Positions 25,270-39,489 are shown, counted from the first letter of the whole stretch. The stretch: 63,311 bases of DNA, filler included, from Octopus bimaculoides (GCF_001194135.2; 5 parts of 5 records of this genome joined end to end with filler, not necessarily neighbours in it); one strand, 5' to 3'. The notes: a model not told the origin generated them from the letters alone. Program-made: numbers and translations.

Positions 25270-25570
25270 AACGCATCATCCAAAATACTACCTGGATTTA
25301 CATGGGATTATATCTAAGGGCCTATACCTTCATGGAAATACGGACCAACCTCCATAACCCCTGGAAAAAAGAGATCTGTGAACTTTATTCTCCTGTCTGT
25401 TTTCTTCTATCTTATTTTATTTATTCTTTTATTTTATTCCTTAAACTCTGTAAATTTCCCTGTCTGAAACTTTCATAATACTCACCTTGTCTCTGATGAA
25501 GGAATACCCAATGTATGGACATGCTAGCTTATCACTTGGGATATCCCAGAAACAGATGTAAGACTTGAAA
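25270..25570 (+). mobile_element. Penelope-like 3' fragment (GIY-YIG C-terminal region and 3' end)
   Basis: Degenerate FTWDYI...SWKY...TPGKKR followed by ctgatgaagg...cccagaaacag, an ending typical of Penelope-like elements. Confidence 0.45.
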
Positions 25571-25581
25571 TTTACACTAAC

Positions 25582-25621
<40 letters not shown>

Positions 25622-25987
25622 NNNNNNNNNNNNNNNNNNNNNNNNNNNNNNNNNNNNNNNNNNNNNNNNNNNNNNNNNNNNNNNNNNNNNNNNNNNNNNN
25701 NNNNNNNNNNNNNNNNNNNNNNNNNNNNNNNNNNNNNNNNNNNNNNNNNNNNNNNNNNNNNNNNNNNNNNNNNNNNNNNNNNNNNNNNNNNNNNNNNNNN
25801 NNNNNNNNNNNNNNNNNNNNNNNNNNNNNNNNNNNNNNNNNNNNNNNNNNNNNNNNNNNNNNNNNNNNNNNNNNNNNNNNNNNNNNNNNNNNNNNNNNNN
25901 NNNNNNNNNNNNNNNNNNNNNNNNNNNNNNNNNNNNNNNNNNNNNNNNNNNNNNNNNNNNNNNNNNNNNNNNNNNNNNNNNNNNNNN

Positions 25988-27300
25988 CAGATAACTAGGG
26001 TAAGTGTACATCTGAAATTTCATTTTGAAGGTGATCTTTAAAAAATGATAGCTTTTTTTCCGAAATGCTTCAATTTGTTGCCACATGTCATAAATTGATT
26101 TTGTTTTACCCTGCAAATAAATATTCAAGTCATTTTGCTTTGACATGATATCTCAAAGAAATAGAAATATTCCTATAGAAATATTCGTCCAATAATTCAC
26201 ATTGTTCATTCCTTTCTTTATAAAATTTTCTTATCTACCCGCGTAAACTTGAAAAGTTTACTCACATCTGTGCTTGCGATAGCCAACGAATTTTAGAATG
26301 CACACTGAATACCTTATTGTCTAATCGCAGCATGTTACGAAACTGACGATGCATTGTCGCATCGGCAAGATATATAGTTAACAATATTTATGACATTCTG
26401 CGAAGTGTCACATAAATGGTCGATTTAGCACAAAGGTTTTGCTGGTGCAATACACAATGAAAAGAATTGAGAACATCTGGATCTGATACGACATTTTGTT
26501 TATCTGGGCAATAAATCCTACATGATTTCCATTCACAGAAGGAGCACCGTCTGTGTATACGCTAACTAAATTATCCAAATTCAACCCAACTTCTAGACAT
26601 TCATCCTGAAAGATTGTGAGGATATATATCCCTCGTGTTCCTCCCGTAAGAGTACCCAAAGCCAGTAATTTTTCGTATTAAATAAAATCTTCTGTTGTGG
26701 CACAACCGAAATATGAAACATGCGCCGTGTCAGCAGTATCAGTTGATTCATCCAGAGCGATTGTATAATATGAATTTTCATTTTGAAGTATAATGTGAAG
26801 TTGTTCTGTTACATCGAGGGCCAATTCATGTCGCTGACCTGTTATGGTTCTCCTTGAAAGAGGTAATTGGTTTTACTTCCAAACCTTGTCGGGATCTAAG
26901 CATCCAACGACTTCAACAATACTCTTTCACAATTTCAACATGGCTGAAAGGCTTACGTTTTTTTTTTTTTACCTCGGTGTATAAGCAACTTTATAAGCAA
27001 CTTCTGTGACATAATTTGCAGATTTCGCCACGTCTTAAATAGTTGTCTCTGCTTTTGTCTTCAATTTTTTCATTTATTGCAGAGCAACCTTTCATGCTTC
27101 CCCTCTAATTTGAAATATTTATTATTTTCAAGTGTCGTATAGTGTTGATGTGCGTTGAACGTCTTTAATGTCGTTATCTCAGCAACACAAAGCAAACAAA
27201 TCATTTTTCTCTTTCGAAGACAATTAGTTATACTGCAGTTCCCAATCTTCATTAAAGACCCCGTTTTTCTTACTGGATCATACTCTTAATCGTTTTTCAC
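25988..27300 (-). mobile_element. hAT (Charlie/SPIN, GTF2IRD2-like) transposase remnant, unit 2
   Basis: MICLLC...TFNAHQHY (zinc-binding N-terminus), LVSVYTDGAPSV.G and MSKQNDLNIYLQGK...QIEAF. Confidence 0.8.
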
Positions 27301-27928
27301 ATTATTGTTTCTTTAAAATTTAAACAATTATGAGTCTAAATTGACGCTGTGTAACTATTGTCTCTTTTTGTAGCAAGTCAAATACATCACTATCACAAGT
27401 GGACGAAATACTGACATACTCGCAAATCATGCGACGCACGTTCTAGTCATGTTGCTAGATAGTGCCATTACTTATTTTACAGTCAATTTTAGTTTTTTAA
27501 TAAAGTAGCCATTATAATTTCAAAATAATGTCAATGTTTGAAGCCATATATATATATATATATATAATTTAGAGAAAAAACCCCACAATTATTGAATTCA
27601 TCCATGAAACTCCACAATCACATATAGAAAAATTTAATAACTAAATACACTAGAAGTATTAAATATTAAGAGTAAAAATGACTACACGTGTTTCATAAAC
27701 ATATTTTCAAATAGAAAATAAATAAAAATCAATATATAGATATGTGTATGTATGTATGTATGTATGTATGTATGTATGTGCAATCCGTGTGGGTGTTTTT
27801 TCAAAACACTGTCTGGTTTAAAAAGCCACATCAGACGCCATGAAAGGGCTAAGGTGTAGGTGCAGGAGGTGGTCAAACTCTGTTTAAGGAGTAGACAACC
27901 ACCATGTATGTATGTGTATATATATATA

Positions 27929-28028
27929 NNNNNNNNNNNNNNNNNNNNNNNNNNNNNNNNNNNNNNNNNNNNTTAATTAATTAANNNNNNNNNNNNNNNN
28001 NNNNNNNNNNNNNNNNNNNNNNNNNNNN
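27929..28028. other. Artificial contig linker 44N-TTAATTAATTAA-44N
   Basis: Exactly 100 bp; the 12-mer gives stop codons in all six frames; the same cassette occurs four times. Confidence 0.95.
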
Positions 28029-28265
28029 CCGCCATGAGGACAGCCTCCAAGTATTGATGGTCTACCCTATCGAAAGCTTTCGATTGATCTAAATTGATCA
28101 GGGCCCCACCCATGCCAGATTCCTTAACTACCCGCTCTATGATGTAGCGCATCAGATGGAGGTTGTCATGGATGCTCCTGCCCGGCACGGCGCACGTTTG
28201 CGCCTTGCCGATCAGTTTCTCGATGACAAGCGCCAACCGCTTGGCTAACACCTTGGCCAAAATTT
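28029..28265 (-). mobile_element. Tx1/L1-clade LINE RT fragment with open frame
   Basis: ILAKVLAKRL...QTCAVPGRSIHDNLHLMRYII...LINLDQSKAFDRVDHQYL. It is cut off by the linker gap. Confidence 0.85.
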
Positions 28266-29314
28266 TCATAGATAGATAGATAGATTTGAATAGAAGATTA
28301 TTGGGTGTATTCACAAGTCTTCCGCATGTCTCCACTGAACTGTCCAGTTGCATTACATTAGACATGGGTACGATTTTTCAGTTCTTGTCATTATGTCTCA
28401 ACGCTTTTAACTGTTTAAACAATGAGTTTGGCGACAGGAACAGAAGGGCAAACACAGTGTAATGGAGGACAAAAGATTTACCCACGATTACATGAATAAG
28501 TATTAGCATTGACACGTATGGTAAAGGTTATATATCAATTACAAAGGTGCAGTGGTGTTAAGACGGGCGAAACGTGTTCCCAATTGTCTCCTCTGCTTGC
28601 CGAAAAAACGAATGCATTAGTAGTAGTAGTAGTCAATTACCACCCTTGCATTATCCAAACCATATAAATATTTCAAGTTAGCTTTTCAAGTGCACTGTAT
28701 TAAATATACTCATATTAAATTAGATACATGTTTATGAATAATAACCATATAAAAAGTAAAACATATTATATCCATTTACATTCGTGAAATTTCTGGTTGA
28801 TATTGGGTCAAATGATTCCTTCGGACAGAATGAATGAATACCAAACATAAACCTCCGTTGGTGTTTATTTATTGTCTTTCTGTGTGATCAAGTGTATTTG
28901 TTTGTGAAAGACTCACCATCGTACTATGTAGTAAATTTTTTCATGTGTTTTATCAAAGCCCGAAACGTTACCTCCAAATCTGCCAGATGTACAAATATTT
29001 ATGAAACAGACGTATTTTATCGCATGTTGGTATAATTACACTATATGTCTTCGCTTGAACAAGACGGTGAACGCGTGTATGTATGCACACAGGCATATGT
29101 TTGTGTGAGTGTGTGTTTACGTATGTTTATAATATATAGATAGATAGATAGATACATAGATACATACATACATACATACATACATACATACATAGGGATC
29201 AAGAGCAACATATATTCTTGTGTATACAGTATGTATATATATGTGTGCATATTGTGTGTGTGTGTGGATGGATGGGTATACGAATGTATGTATATGTATT
29301 TATATATGTATATA

Positions 29315-29350
<36 letters not shown>

Positions 29351-29504
29351 TGTATGTATGCATGCATGAATGGTGAGAGAGAGAGAGAGAAGAAAACATT
29401 CATACATAGACATACAGTGATGGAGCTAAAGAAAGAGAATACAGGGAGCAAAGATAGGAATAGTTCTTGTTCAGAATTGACAATTAGGAGTAATTCATAA
29501 AATT

Positions 29505-29586
<82 letters not shown>

Positions 29587-29879
29587 CTACTACAGCTGCA
29601 GACTAGTTCTTGTGATAGGCCATGCTATATTCTCTCAGAAATGCAAGCATATACCTGGACCTATATTCCGTGGAGACACGGTTGTCTTATTTACTTTGTT
29701 TCAATACATAAATTTGTTGTTCATCATCTCTGGAGGTTCACAGTGTTGTGTAGAGTTTGTGATGGACTAGTTACTACCTTGTATGAGCAAAACAGAAGTC
29801 GGTTGTTCGGAAAATGTTTCCGCCAAATAATATGAAGGCACTGAAATGATTGGATATTGACAGAATTCAACTTTCAGCA

Positions 29880-30330
29880 ATACCTACTTGTTTTAGTCAA
29901 GTTCTAGCAAACTCATTGGTTCTGAAATGTGGAATGTATACCGCCGGCACATCAGGCAGCTTGAACAGTTCAATACAAGATCACTGCACGCAATCAAGGG
30001 CATCTGCTGGCAGGACAGTTTCTAACAAGGAGTCCTAGACAGAGCGTAGTCCACGAGCGTCGAGGCACATCTGTTCAAATCTCAGTTGCGCTGGGCCGGC
30101 CATGTCACCAGAATGAACGACCACCACATTCCCAGACAGCTGAAGGAAGGCACAAGGCCATAAGGTAGACCCAAGTTGAGGTATAAGGACACTCATGAGG
30201 GAAACCTAAGGTGGTGTGGATTCCAGCCTCGCAAACTCGAGAAGGCAGCCACAAACAGAACTTCCAGGAGGTCAAACACCTACACTATTATAGCTGCCTC
30301 TGAAGAGTATACACAGCAACACCTCACAGT
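29880..30330 (+). mobile_element. RTE-clade LINE 3' remnant
   Basis: YRRHIRQLEQF...ICWQD, KSQLRWAGHVTRM and GRPKLRYKD. Confidence 0.8.
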
Positions 30331-30439
30331 GGCAACAGACGGACATCAGCGGGCCGCATCATCCTTAGTCCCAACCATAGACTACCAGTGTTCATCGGAG
30401 ATCGATGGACTTCCAAGAGAATAAAAAAATTCATTGCGT

Positions 30440-31200
30440 CGCTTCATGACCAAACTTCAAGAAAACAGTTTATGCTGCCGCTGCCAATGTATTGGTCTTC
30501 TAGACATCAAGCATAGCACAAGATTCTGTTCAATCATGATTTATTCAGAAAAGAGCACTGAAGACAGAAATCATTATTCTGCCATAAATGAATTTTGTAG
30601 AGAGAATTGAGGCAATGAAGAACATGCAGTAGTTGAGCATACCCTCAGATATTCCACTGGCGTTTTTCACAAAAAGATTCCAAAATAATGTAAAACTTGT
30701 TTTAAAACAGATGATTTGTCCCAGCCAATCACCTACGACACCTTTTAGATCCAGTGCTGTATCTGCTTTAATCAATGATCCTAAAATTATTTTGAAAAGA
30801 TAACTAGAGAATTTCACATATCTTTTTCACATATTATTTGTAATTGATGAGAACGTTATAGAAGACTACCATAGTAACATGTTACTGATGAAATGGATAA
30901 TATTCCTAAAATAAAGGATGGCTGAATTGCCATTAAACACATCAATTAAGGTAAATCATCCGGGAGCTGATAATATACTAGCTGAGTTCATTGAGCATAG
31001 TAGAGTTTCAGTAACAGATTTTGCGACCACACTAATTTTAAATGTTTGGAAAATTTTATCATTTCACAAAATTACAGATCTGCTACATAAGTTTTACCGT
31101 ACGAGAGAAATGCTATTAAGTCAATCTGAAATCTATTACATGTTATTTCCTTGCTTATAACACGAAACATGTATTGCATCAGCTGGAGATATGCGGACGT
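30440..31200 (+). mobile_element. Heavily degraded RTE-like LINE fragment (endonuclease-RT linker)
   Basis: HPGADNILAEFI resembles the KAPGxDxIPAE motif that precedes the RT domain. Confidence 0.45.
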
Positions 31201-31246
31201 TTCACCGTTATCTCAGAGTGTCAATGCTGGCTTAGATCTCATAATA

Positions 31247-32641
31247 CAGGGTGGGGCAGAGAGAACGGACGTTTTTGAAATGGCTATTCCTCTGCCCCAG
31301 GGTTAGGGGAGAACATATGTCCGACAAGTACCACTCGGTCCGTGGTATCTTAGGTTTTATGGATTCTTTTCAGGTGAAGCCATGGCGCTGTGGAAGATAG
31401 AGCATCGCATGTTTGCCTACGACAGTTACGTGAAGAATAACGAGTCTGTCACAGCAGTTCAGCGTGAGTTTCGGCGCTACTTCAACATTCACCGAAATCA
31501 GGCACTTCCCACCCTTAACACAATCTTACGTTGTGTGAATGCAATTCGTACACGAAGTACACTAATGAATAGNNNNNNNNNNNNNNNNNNNNNNNNNNNN
31601 NNNNNNNNNNNNNNNNNNNNNNNNNNNNNNNNNNNNNNNNNNNNNNNNNNNNNNNNNNNNNNNNNNNNNNNNNNNNNNNCGGGTCCGGAAAATGTGAAAC
31701 GAGTCAGACAAGCTTTGATACGAAGTCCGAATCGCTCTGCTCGGAGGCATTCCACTGAACTTGGTAATGGTAATCGATCGGTAAGGCGTATCTTACATGA
31801 AGATCTGCATTTCCACTTATATAAATTGAAACTATGAGACTATGCACAGCGGCTTAGCTTCGCACGTCAGTTGGAAACAATTTTTGAGGCAAATCACAAC
31901 CTCATTTTGTTAATGAGTCATGAAGCTCATTTTCATCTCAACAGCATGGGGAATCAACAGAACTGTCGTTACTGAGCTCTTGAAAATCCGAGAGAACTGC
32001 ACGAAAGACTACTGCACAGTCCAAATGTGACGGTGTGGTGTGCTGTTGGAAAAGCTGCCGTCATTGGTCCTTACTTTTTTAAAGACGATAATGAAAATGC
32101 TCTTGCTGTGAACTCCGAGGATTACATCGAGATGATATACAACTTCTTTGTGCCTGAATTACGACAAAAACGTACGTCTATTTGATGTGTGTGATTTCAG
32201 CAGGATGGGGCGACGGCCCACACAGTGAGAGCATCAATGGACGTTCTTCGCTCTCTCTTCGGTGACCGCCTCATTTCCAGATTTACTGACATTTCTTGGC
32301 CCCTGACTTGTCCATGTGTGATTATTTTTTGTGTGGAATCCTCAAGGCACGTGTGATTGCGCATAAGCCCCGTATATTAGACGATTTGAAAGAAGTTATT
32401 CGCATGGCAGTCACCCAAATCGACAGAGCAATGCTGGAGAAAGTGGAGGCCAACTTCCAAGAACACCTTCAGAAATGCATCAATGAAAACGGATACAATA
32501 TAATAGATGTTGGTTTCTACAGTTGATTTTGACAAATGCTAATTCAATACGAACACATCAAAGTCAAAAAGATTTGTTTGCATCTAAAATTAATGATTTT
32601 GTGAAGTTTTCAAACATGTAAGTCCTTTCTGCTCTACCCTG
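31247..32641 (+). mobile_element. Tc1/mariner-superfamily transposon (rosa/maT-like), near full length and disrupted
   Basis: TA-flanked inverted ends cagggtggggcagagagaacgg / ctttctgctctaccctg. Motifs include an HTH (VTAVQREFRRYF), S(H)EAHFHL, FQQDGATAH and PDLSMCDYF. Spacing is about DD41D if a small deletion in WPxxSPD is restored. Confidence 0.85.
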
Positions 32642-34710
32642 TAGCACCCTAAATAGTGTCTTTAACGTTAGAAAGTTCCAGGGTTAGAGTTAGGGTTGCA
32701 GGATAAATTGAAGTTGCAGGATAAGTTAATAAAATAAAGACACCTTCGTTACCAATTTTTCTTTGATTTACTGAAGGCCTTTGAGATAATAGATTTAAAT
32801 TTGCTTTGTGAAATCATAGGATTTATATTATTTACCCTTGTTTGTTGATTTTTTGTCGAACAACATACAGGTATGAAGCTTTTAACTTGAATTGTGTTCT
32901 GCTAGATTTCAGTATACAAAGACGTTAAACCTGCACCAGCTTTATTCTCCATAGGTTTTGCTGTTGCGTTTTCCCATGTCTTTAAGTACTTTGATCTAGA
33001 TAATTTAACCGTTAACAGGGTAAACTATTTAATCTGAATCGTTTCAAAGCTAAATCTTAAATCTTTATCAATTTTGTTTGTGATCTGTTGTGTACTGACG
33101 ATTGTAATCTTGTAACTCAGTTTCAACAAGATATTCAGAAAATAATGAAAATCTTTTGTATTTCAGTTTACAATAAGCCAGCAAAAAACAAAAAATTGAT
33201 AGGTTTGCACATACTCCAAGAGAGATGTATGTCGAACCAAGTATACTTGTAGGAGATGAAAAGTTATGTGACAATGTCACAATTGCTAAAAGGCCTCTTT
33301 AACAGTGGAGATATTTAAATACATGTTGTTTTCCCCTTAGACAAAGGATAAGCGCCCGAAACATTGCATGTTATAATCATTACGGCAGATGCATTCATTT
33401 CAATATATTTTAATCTACGAACTTTTGCCAATCCATAACAACACCAGTCACACTGAATTCTGGGTCTTACTATATCAATTGTGCGAGCATACTTCTATCA
33501 GGTCTTTCATTAGCCAGGTAGAAAATTGATTCACTTAATTATTATCCACGCTAACTTCATAATGTCACTTTCACAGCTGAATTGTTTATAAATTTAATGT
33601 ATATGTGTCCATTGTGTATGTAGTTATGCAAAACCTATCAGAAATGCAGATGCATGTACACTCCAAATCTAGATGGCCTACACAATTTTAGAAAACGTAT
33701 ATTAAATCAGCGTACCAAATATGTTTAGGAACATATATTCCAAGCAATTGAGACAAGAGTCTTGATTTCAGAAGGATACGAAATTTATCATTAAAGGTAT
33801 TATCAGATTTTATTTTTTAGTTATTTCAAGTTCCACATATACTGTTGGGGAGAGGTGGAGAGGTTTAGTAATGAGGAAAGTTAGATGCAATATAAAATAT
33901 AAAACACAGCGTAGTACTACCTCAATGAATATTTAGGTTTCGATAAATAAATAAAGACATATCAATATATTTAGATACCTATCCACTTATTACTAATCTC
34001 CCTTTCTCTCTCTTTTCTCTCTCTCACTCTCTATCGCTATTTCCCTCTTTATAAACACACACAGATACATACATACACACGTTCTCGCAAACGCATACAC
34101 ATTTAAGTGTATGTTTATATTCGAATCTGCATATTCGGTTTTCCAGTCATTCTAACGATTATTTGTCAAAAGAAACTTTATCCCATTCAAGTAAATGTCA
34201 ACAATTTTAATGGCTTTTATGTTTCATTACAATTTTTAAACGAGTATGTTGTATGCCGTTCAATCGAAAGGTCAAGGTTTACATGCAATCGTTACTACAG
34301 AAACTTATAAGCATTACGATAGTACACTTCACCATGCTCCAGCTTTGTAAGAATATGCACATTCATCCGCAAAATTTCATTTAAAATATTTCTTGAAGAT
34401 AACATTTATTTGTAAATAAGAATATGCAATGCACGTGTAATTTTGTAAATAAACAATGATAAATAAATAATGCTGAATAAAAAAAATGATAGGTAACTGG
34501 AATATTTTCTTTGGATATTGAATATATGTAATATATATATATATATTCATATATTGAATATAAATATATTTACTCAAAATTTGACATATTCGCACATACG
34601 AATATACATATGCATAAGTATTAACACATTAGCATTCATGTATATNNNNNNNNNNTATATATATATATATATATATATATTATGTGTGTGTGTTTGTATA
34701 TATCTATATA

Positions 34711-34741
<31 letters not shown>

Positions 34742-34743
34742 TA

Positions 34744-34793
<50 letters not shown>

Positions 34794-35489
34794 TATATAA
34801 TATATATATATGCATACATATATATATATATGCATAGATACATATATGCATACACATATATAAGCATTTATTATATATACAAATGCATATGTATACATAC
34901 ATATATTTATGTATGTATGTATGTATGCATGTATGTATGTATGTTTGTACGTATGTATGTATGCACGTAAATATGTGTGTGTACGTATGCTATGTATGTA
35001 GACATAGAAAGAGAAAATCAGAAAGGGATGCAAGAAATGAATGAAGAGAAAATATTTACAGAATACGCGGAAATGTGAAATACACTTTATTCGACAGCCA
35101 TACATTCTGACATTGACGAAGAAGGTCAGTCTTGAATGTAATTCATCAATGAAGATATGCTATCTGATGAGAGAAAGGTTTTATTTTTTTCGACGTACAT
35201 TTTAGAAATTCGCCAGATAACAAAGAGAAAGTTAAGAGGGATATTGGCCGTGTTACAATCTCTTGAGAATGCCCAAAGGTTTAATAGAAAGAACACTTTA
35301 ACGAGGCAATTCAGCTTCTTATATCCCTATTGTCAAGCACTTTCAACGATAACGTTTTAGTACCTCTTTACAGAAAGTGGGAGAACATATTCTCTGTATA
35401 AAGTTCGATTTGATTCGTGGAATCTCTTGCCAATGAGATTTCAATTGTTATTGTCATTGTTACCTCGTGTGAAATATCAGAGGTTTTCT

Positions 35490-35532
<43 letters not shown>

Positions 35533-35539
35533 CAGTAGC

Positions 35540-35606
<67 letters not shown>

Positions 35607-36424
35607 TTGGGGTAGAAGAGAAGGCCGTATAAATGTAGATAGCGTTGCTCTTTTTTGCTCTGTCTTGTTATTTCTTGTTTGTACAATAGTACCATTTTTT
35701 TAAAAGGGAATAGTATAATCGATCAAATGGACAGTAGTATATATTACTACTAATGTTATTTTTTCCCTGAAGTTCAGAAAGAAACAAGTCAATTGAAAGT
35801 TGTATGTGGAGGAAGGTGAATCTAAGTATCCAAGGCATTTAAATGGTACGCCACCTTCCTGTCACTCTATTACTTTTCTTTTATAATTACGCCTTCCACT
35901 TAAGCAGAGAAACAAAAAAGAAAATATATGATACATTTTCTTTCAAATACAAGGTTTATTATAAGTACCGTAGCTTTAGCGAGAGCTATGACATGAAACA
36001 TAAAGCTTTGGTAAAACTGAATTTTCGTACAATATTATACGCCTTCTGCAGTTGGACTTGAACTCCCAAACAGAAATCTTGTACAATACAGTTTACCTGT
36101 AAAAAGAACTTTTCCTAAGACATTGTGAAGGTTTGCAAACGCTTAAAATGTCTCAAAAATGTGCCATCAAAGAGCGGATATGGAGTGAGTGTATTTGTTT
36201 GGTTTTGGCCATGACAAAAATATCCCTTTTTCTCTCAAGCCAAAACGTTATGGTTGGACAGATGCAGTGAGGTAGGTATGGTAGACAATATCAATAGAAA
36301 TATAGGGAAATAATATATGAAAGCGATGACATAGTACTTTAATCAAGGAACAGCGCACAGGAAGGCTGCCTGCTGGAAGAAATCATTTCCTGGCAGACAA
36401 CGTTAAAAAACGCAAAGACATTCT

Positions 36425-37100
36425 GTTGTCAGCAGCCGCTGAGGGGTGGATTCAGCAGGTCATGGTTAATGATGCACAGACATGCACTGAAGTTGCGACA
36501 TCTCCAGCGTTTCCTCGACAATGAACAGGTGTCATTGCCGTTTGCCAGATAGGATTTTCCGTAGTTCGTCTCATTGACGGAGCTACAGTCCTGGATCAAG
36601 CATAGACCGAGAAAGGGCGCCTGGCAAGTGGAGTATGTGCATATGTTCATAGACATGTGCCAGTAGAGCAATGTGGTCAGTGAAATTTGCACATTGGAGT
36701 TGTTTGGGATATTAGTGGTGGGCAAGAGCCATGATGTTCTCGGGGAATCTCTGGCCATCGGGAGAGATCAATTGGCTGTTTTTTTCCGAAGGAACTCCGG
36801 GTGAGAGCCAATGGATAATTTCCAGAAATGCTTGGCCTGGCAGTGCTACCTATTTGAGACAAGCTCTGCAAGCACGGAGATGCTGTCAGACTGATCTGTC
36901 CGAGATGTGTGCAGGGTGATGGAACCTTTCTGCATGTACCCCTCCTGGGTCCGGGTATTGCTGCCTTGTAGCGTTTTGTCGACCAGCTCTTCTCACGTTT
37001 TGGACAGACCCAGTTAACGGCCAAGTCCATCGTGAAGATCGCCCCACCGGCATCTTTTGGCCAGGAAAGGCAGGCATTTTTTTTTCTTTGTATTTCCACG
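36425..37100 (+). mobile_element. Tx1-like LINE ORF2 3' region, degenerate
   Basis: WLMMHRHALKLRHLQRFLD...SLTELQSWIK and MDNFQKCLAWQCY. It is the reverse complement of the copy at 39490-40420. Confidence 0.7.
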
Positions 37101-38329
37101 CAGTAGAAATTTCCAAACACCACCCACTCGTCTTTGGTTGGCGTTTCAACCCGCCGAAACAACGTTAAGTTCCTGCGCATCGATTAGTTTGGACAATAAC
37201 GTTGTACCGCACCATTTAATTTCCTTTCATTCGTTTTGAGTATGATTATCCATCTTCAATTATTTCTCTCTGCAGTTCAAATCTTTCTGCGCCTTGAGTT
37301 ACGTAAGTAAACAAAATATGTTGATTTAATTATCTGGCGTGTATCTGGATAACACTTTTTACTATATTTGGCATTGCTACTGTTACTTCGTTTGACAGTG
37401 ATGGAGTGGACGGCCACAGTTACGATGCTGTTGTCAGTTATTAAAGAGACCGTTTTTGAGTTGGTGACAGTCGGCTGCTGTGGTGAAATTGGTGCTGGTG
37501 ACGGTGGTAGTCATGGTGCCACTGTTGTTGCGATCATTCTTACACGTTGCCATAGTAGCAGTGACGGTGATAGTGTTAGACAGGTTGTTGTTCTTATTTC
37601 TGTGTGTGAGTGAGTGAATGAGTAAGTGTGTGTGTGTGTGTGNNNNNNNNNNNNNNNNNNNNNNNNNNNNNNNNNNNNNNNNNNNNNNNNNNNNNNNNNN
37701 NNNNNNNNNNNNNNNNNNNNNNNNNNNNNNNNNNNNNNNNNNNNNNNNNNNNNNNNNNNNNNNNNNNNNNNNNNNNNNNNNNNNNNNNNNNNNNNNNNNN
37801 NNNNNNNNNNNNNNNNNNNNNNNNNNNNNNNNNNNNNNNNNNNNNNNNNNNNNNNNNNNNNNNNNNNNNNNNNNNNNNNNNNNNNNNNNNNNNNNNNNNN
37901 NNNNNNNNNNNNNNNNNNNNNNNNNNNNNNNNNNNNNNNNNNNNNNNNNNNNNNNNNNNNNNNNNNNNNNNNNCAGAGCAATAGTTTTAACAATGGATTT
38001 TTTAAAAACATCAGTGAAAAAGAAACAAAATTTTCTAACGATATAAATTGGTGTCTTGTAGATACAAAAGCATAATAATAATCCTTTCTACTCTAGGTAC
38101 AAGGCTTGAAATGTGGTGGGAGAGGACTAGTTGATTAGCTTAACAAAGGACTGAATTTGAACCCAAAGCCGGAAGACATCCCGCAAAGCATTTTGTCCGG
38201 AGTGCTAACGACTTTGCCAACTCACCAATAAGAAGCAATAATAAACTGTTACTCTTTTTTCTCGAACTGTTTTTTTTTTTCTTAATGTATTTTCTTTTTC
38301 TCTCCATTCTTTAAAAGTAAATGTTAAAA

Positions 38330-39200
38330 TTTTGAACATCACTAACATTGCAAATCCTTATTTAGAATTAATGATTTTTTCTTCATTTTCCGAATTGAGT
38401 TTGTTTTCCCTTCCCTTTTCTTGAACCAGAATTTCTTTACCTACTACAGATTTTGATAGTATGCCCTTTCGCTCAGTCCTAAACAAACCTGATAAACCTA
38501 TACTTAATAATTTGCTTCAGAGCAGCTTTACTTATATTGTTATCATCTTCAACCTCTTTTAAGAAATTCTATAATCTATCCCCTGTGGAACCCTATATCA
38601 GCAATAACGTGTTGAAATCCAAGAAACCAGATTTCTCTCTACATGTCTCAACTACATTAACGGAGTTTTTTCCCATTCTACTCATGAGCGTCACATTACT
38701 CTATCAGCTAAACTGTATGAAGCTATCCTTTTTGTTTTCTATTTTTGCATTCTCTTCATTCTCATCAATATTTCTAGTTTTAATAGCTGTTTCCTTTTTG
38801 AATTTTTTTCTCTCAGTAATCGCGCATCGTGTTCCAACGCTGTCAGCAGACTCTTGTCAAACACAGTGTCAAATTTTTTGTCTCCAGTGTCTAGTTTTGT
38901 TCGTGCAGGAAGAAGAGATTTAAATATGTGATAATACCTCTTTTCAACAATCTCCCAATTAATTGGGTAGTAAAAATAGCCTGTACACCTTTTATTTCTC
39001 TCCATAGAAGATTTCTGGTTAGAAAGCAATGATCTTTAATAGCCAGATTCTTCTGGCCTCTCAGTTTTAATTGTATTGTTTTCATTTTTGGTATGACAAT
39101 TGTGTTGTTCTTTAAGAGGTTCTATATGGAGATGTTGTGAAACAAAAAGCACAACACTAACAACAACAATAGTAATTATTAGTAGTTTTCCTTGCACACT
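38330..39200 (-). mobile_element. Degraded Lys/Glu-rich ORF1-like retroelement fragment (tentative)
   Basis: A-rich minus strand with overlapping frameshifted K/E/R-rich ORFs (38739-39085) and no diagnostic catalytic motif. Confidence 0.3.
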
Positions 39201-39489
39201 AGAACGAAGGACGATACAACACAAAAGACTGGGGATTTACATATAGTGCGTGTAAAGAGGGAAAACAATAACAATCAACAATGAAAATTCGAATAATGAA
39301 GTTCACCAAAATGGAGGGAAGCTCAAAACAGGGGCGACCAAGGAACTTCACTCATCTTGGATACCCCAGATATCAAGGGCACCTTGGGTGGGCACCCCTC
39401 TCTTCTCCATTCATTCCGTCCTACAGGTGCATGTTCATAGTAGGCCCATTCACACTGGCCTTCCTCGCCGCATTGACCCACTTTTAACA

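Noticed and set aside
35772-35800. AAG TTC AGA AAG AAA CAA (KFRKKQ), matching the end of the Dmbx homeodomain
   Set aside because: It is followed by a stop after two more codons and is not preceded by WFKNRRA; a chance match.
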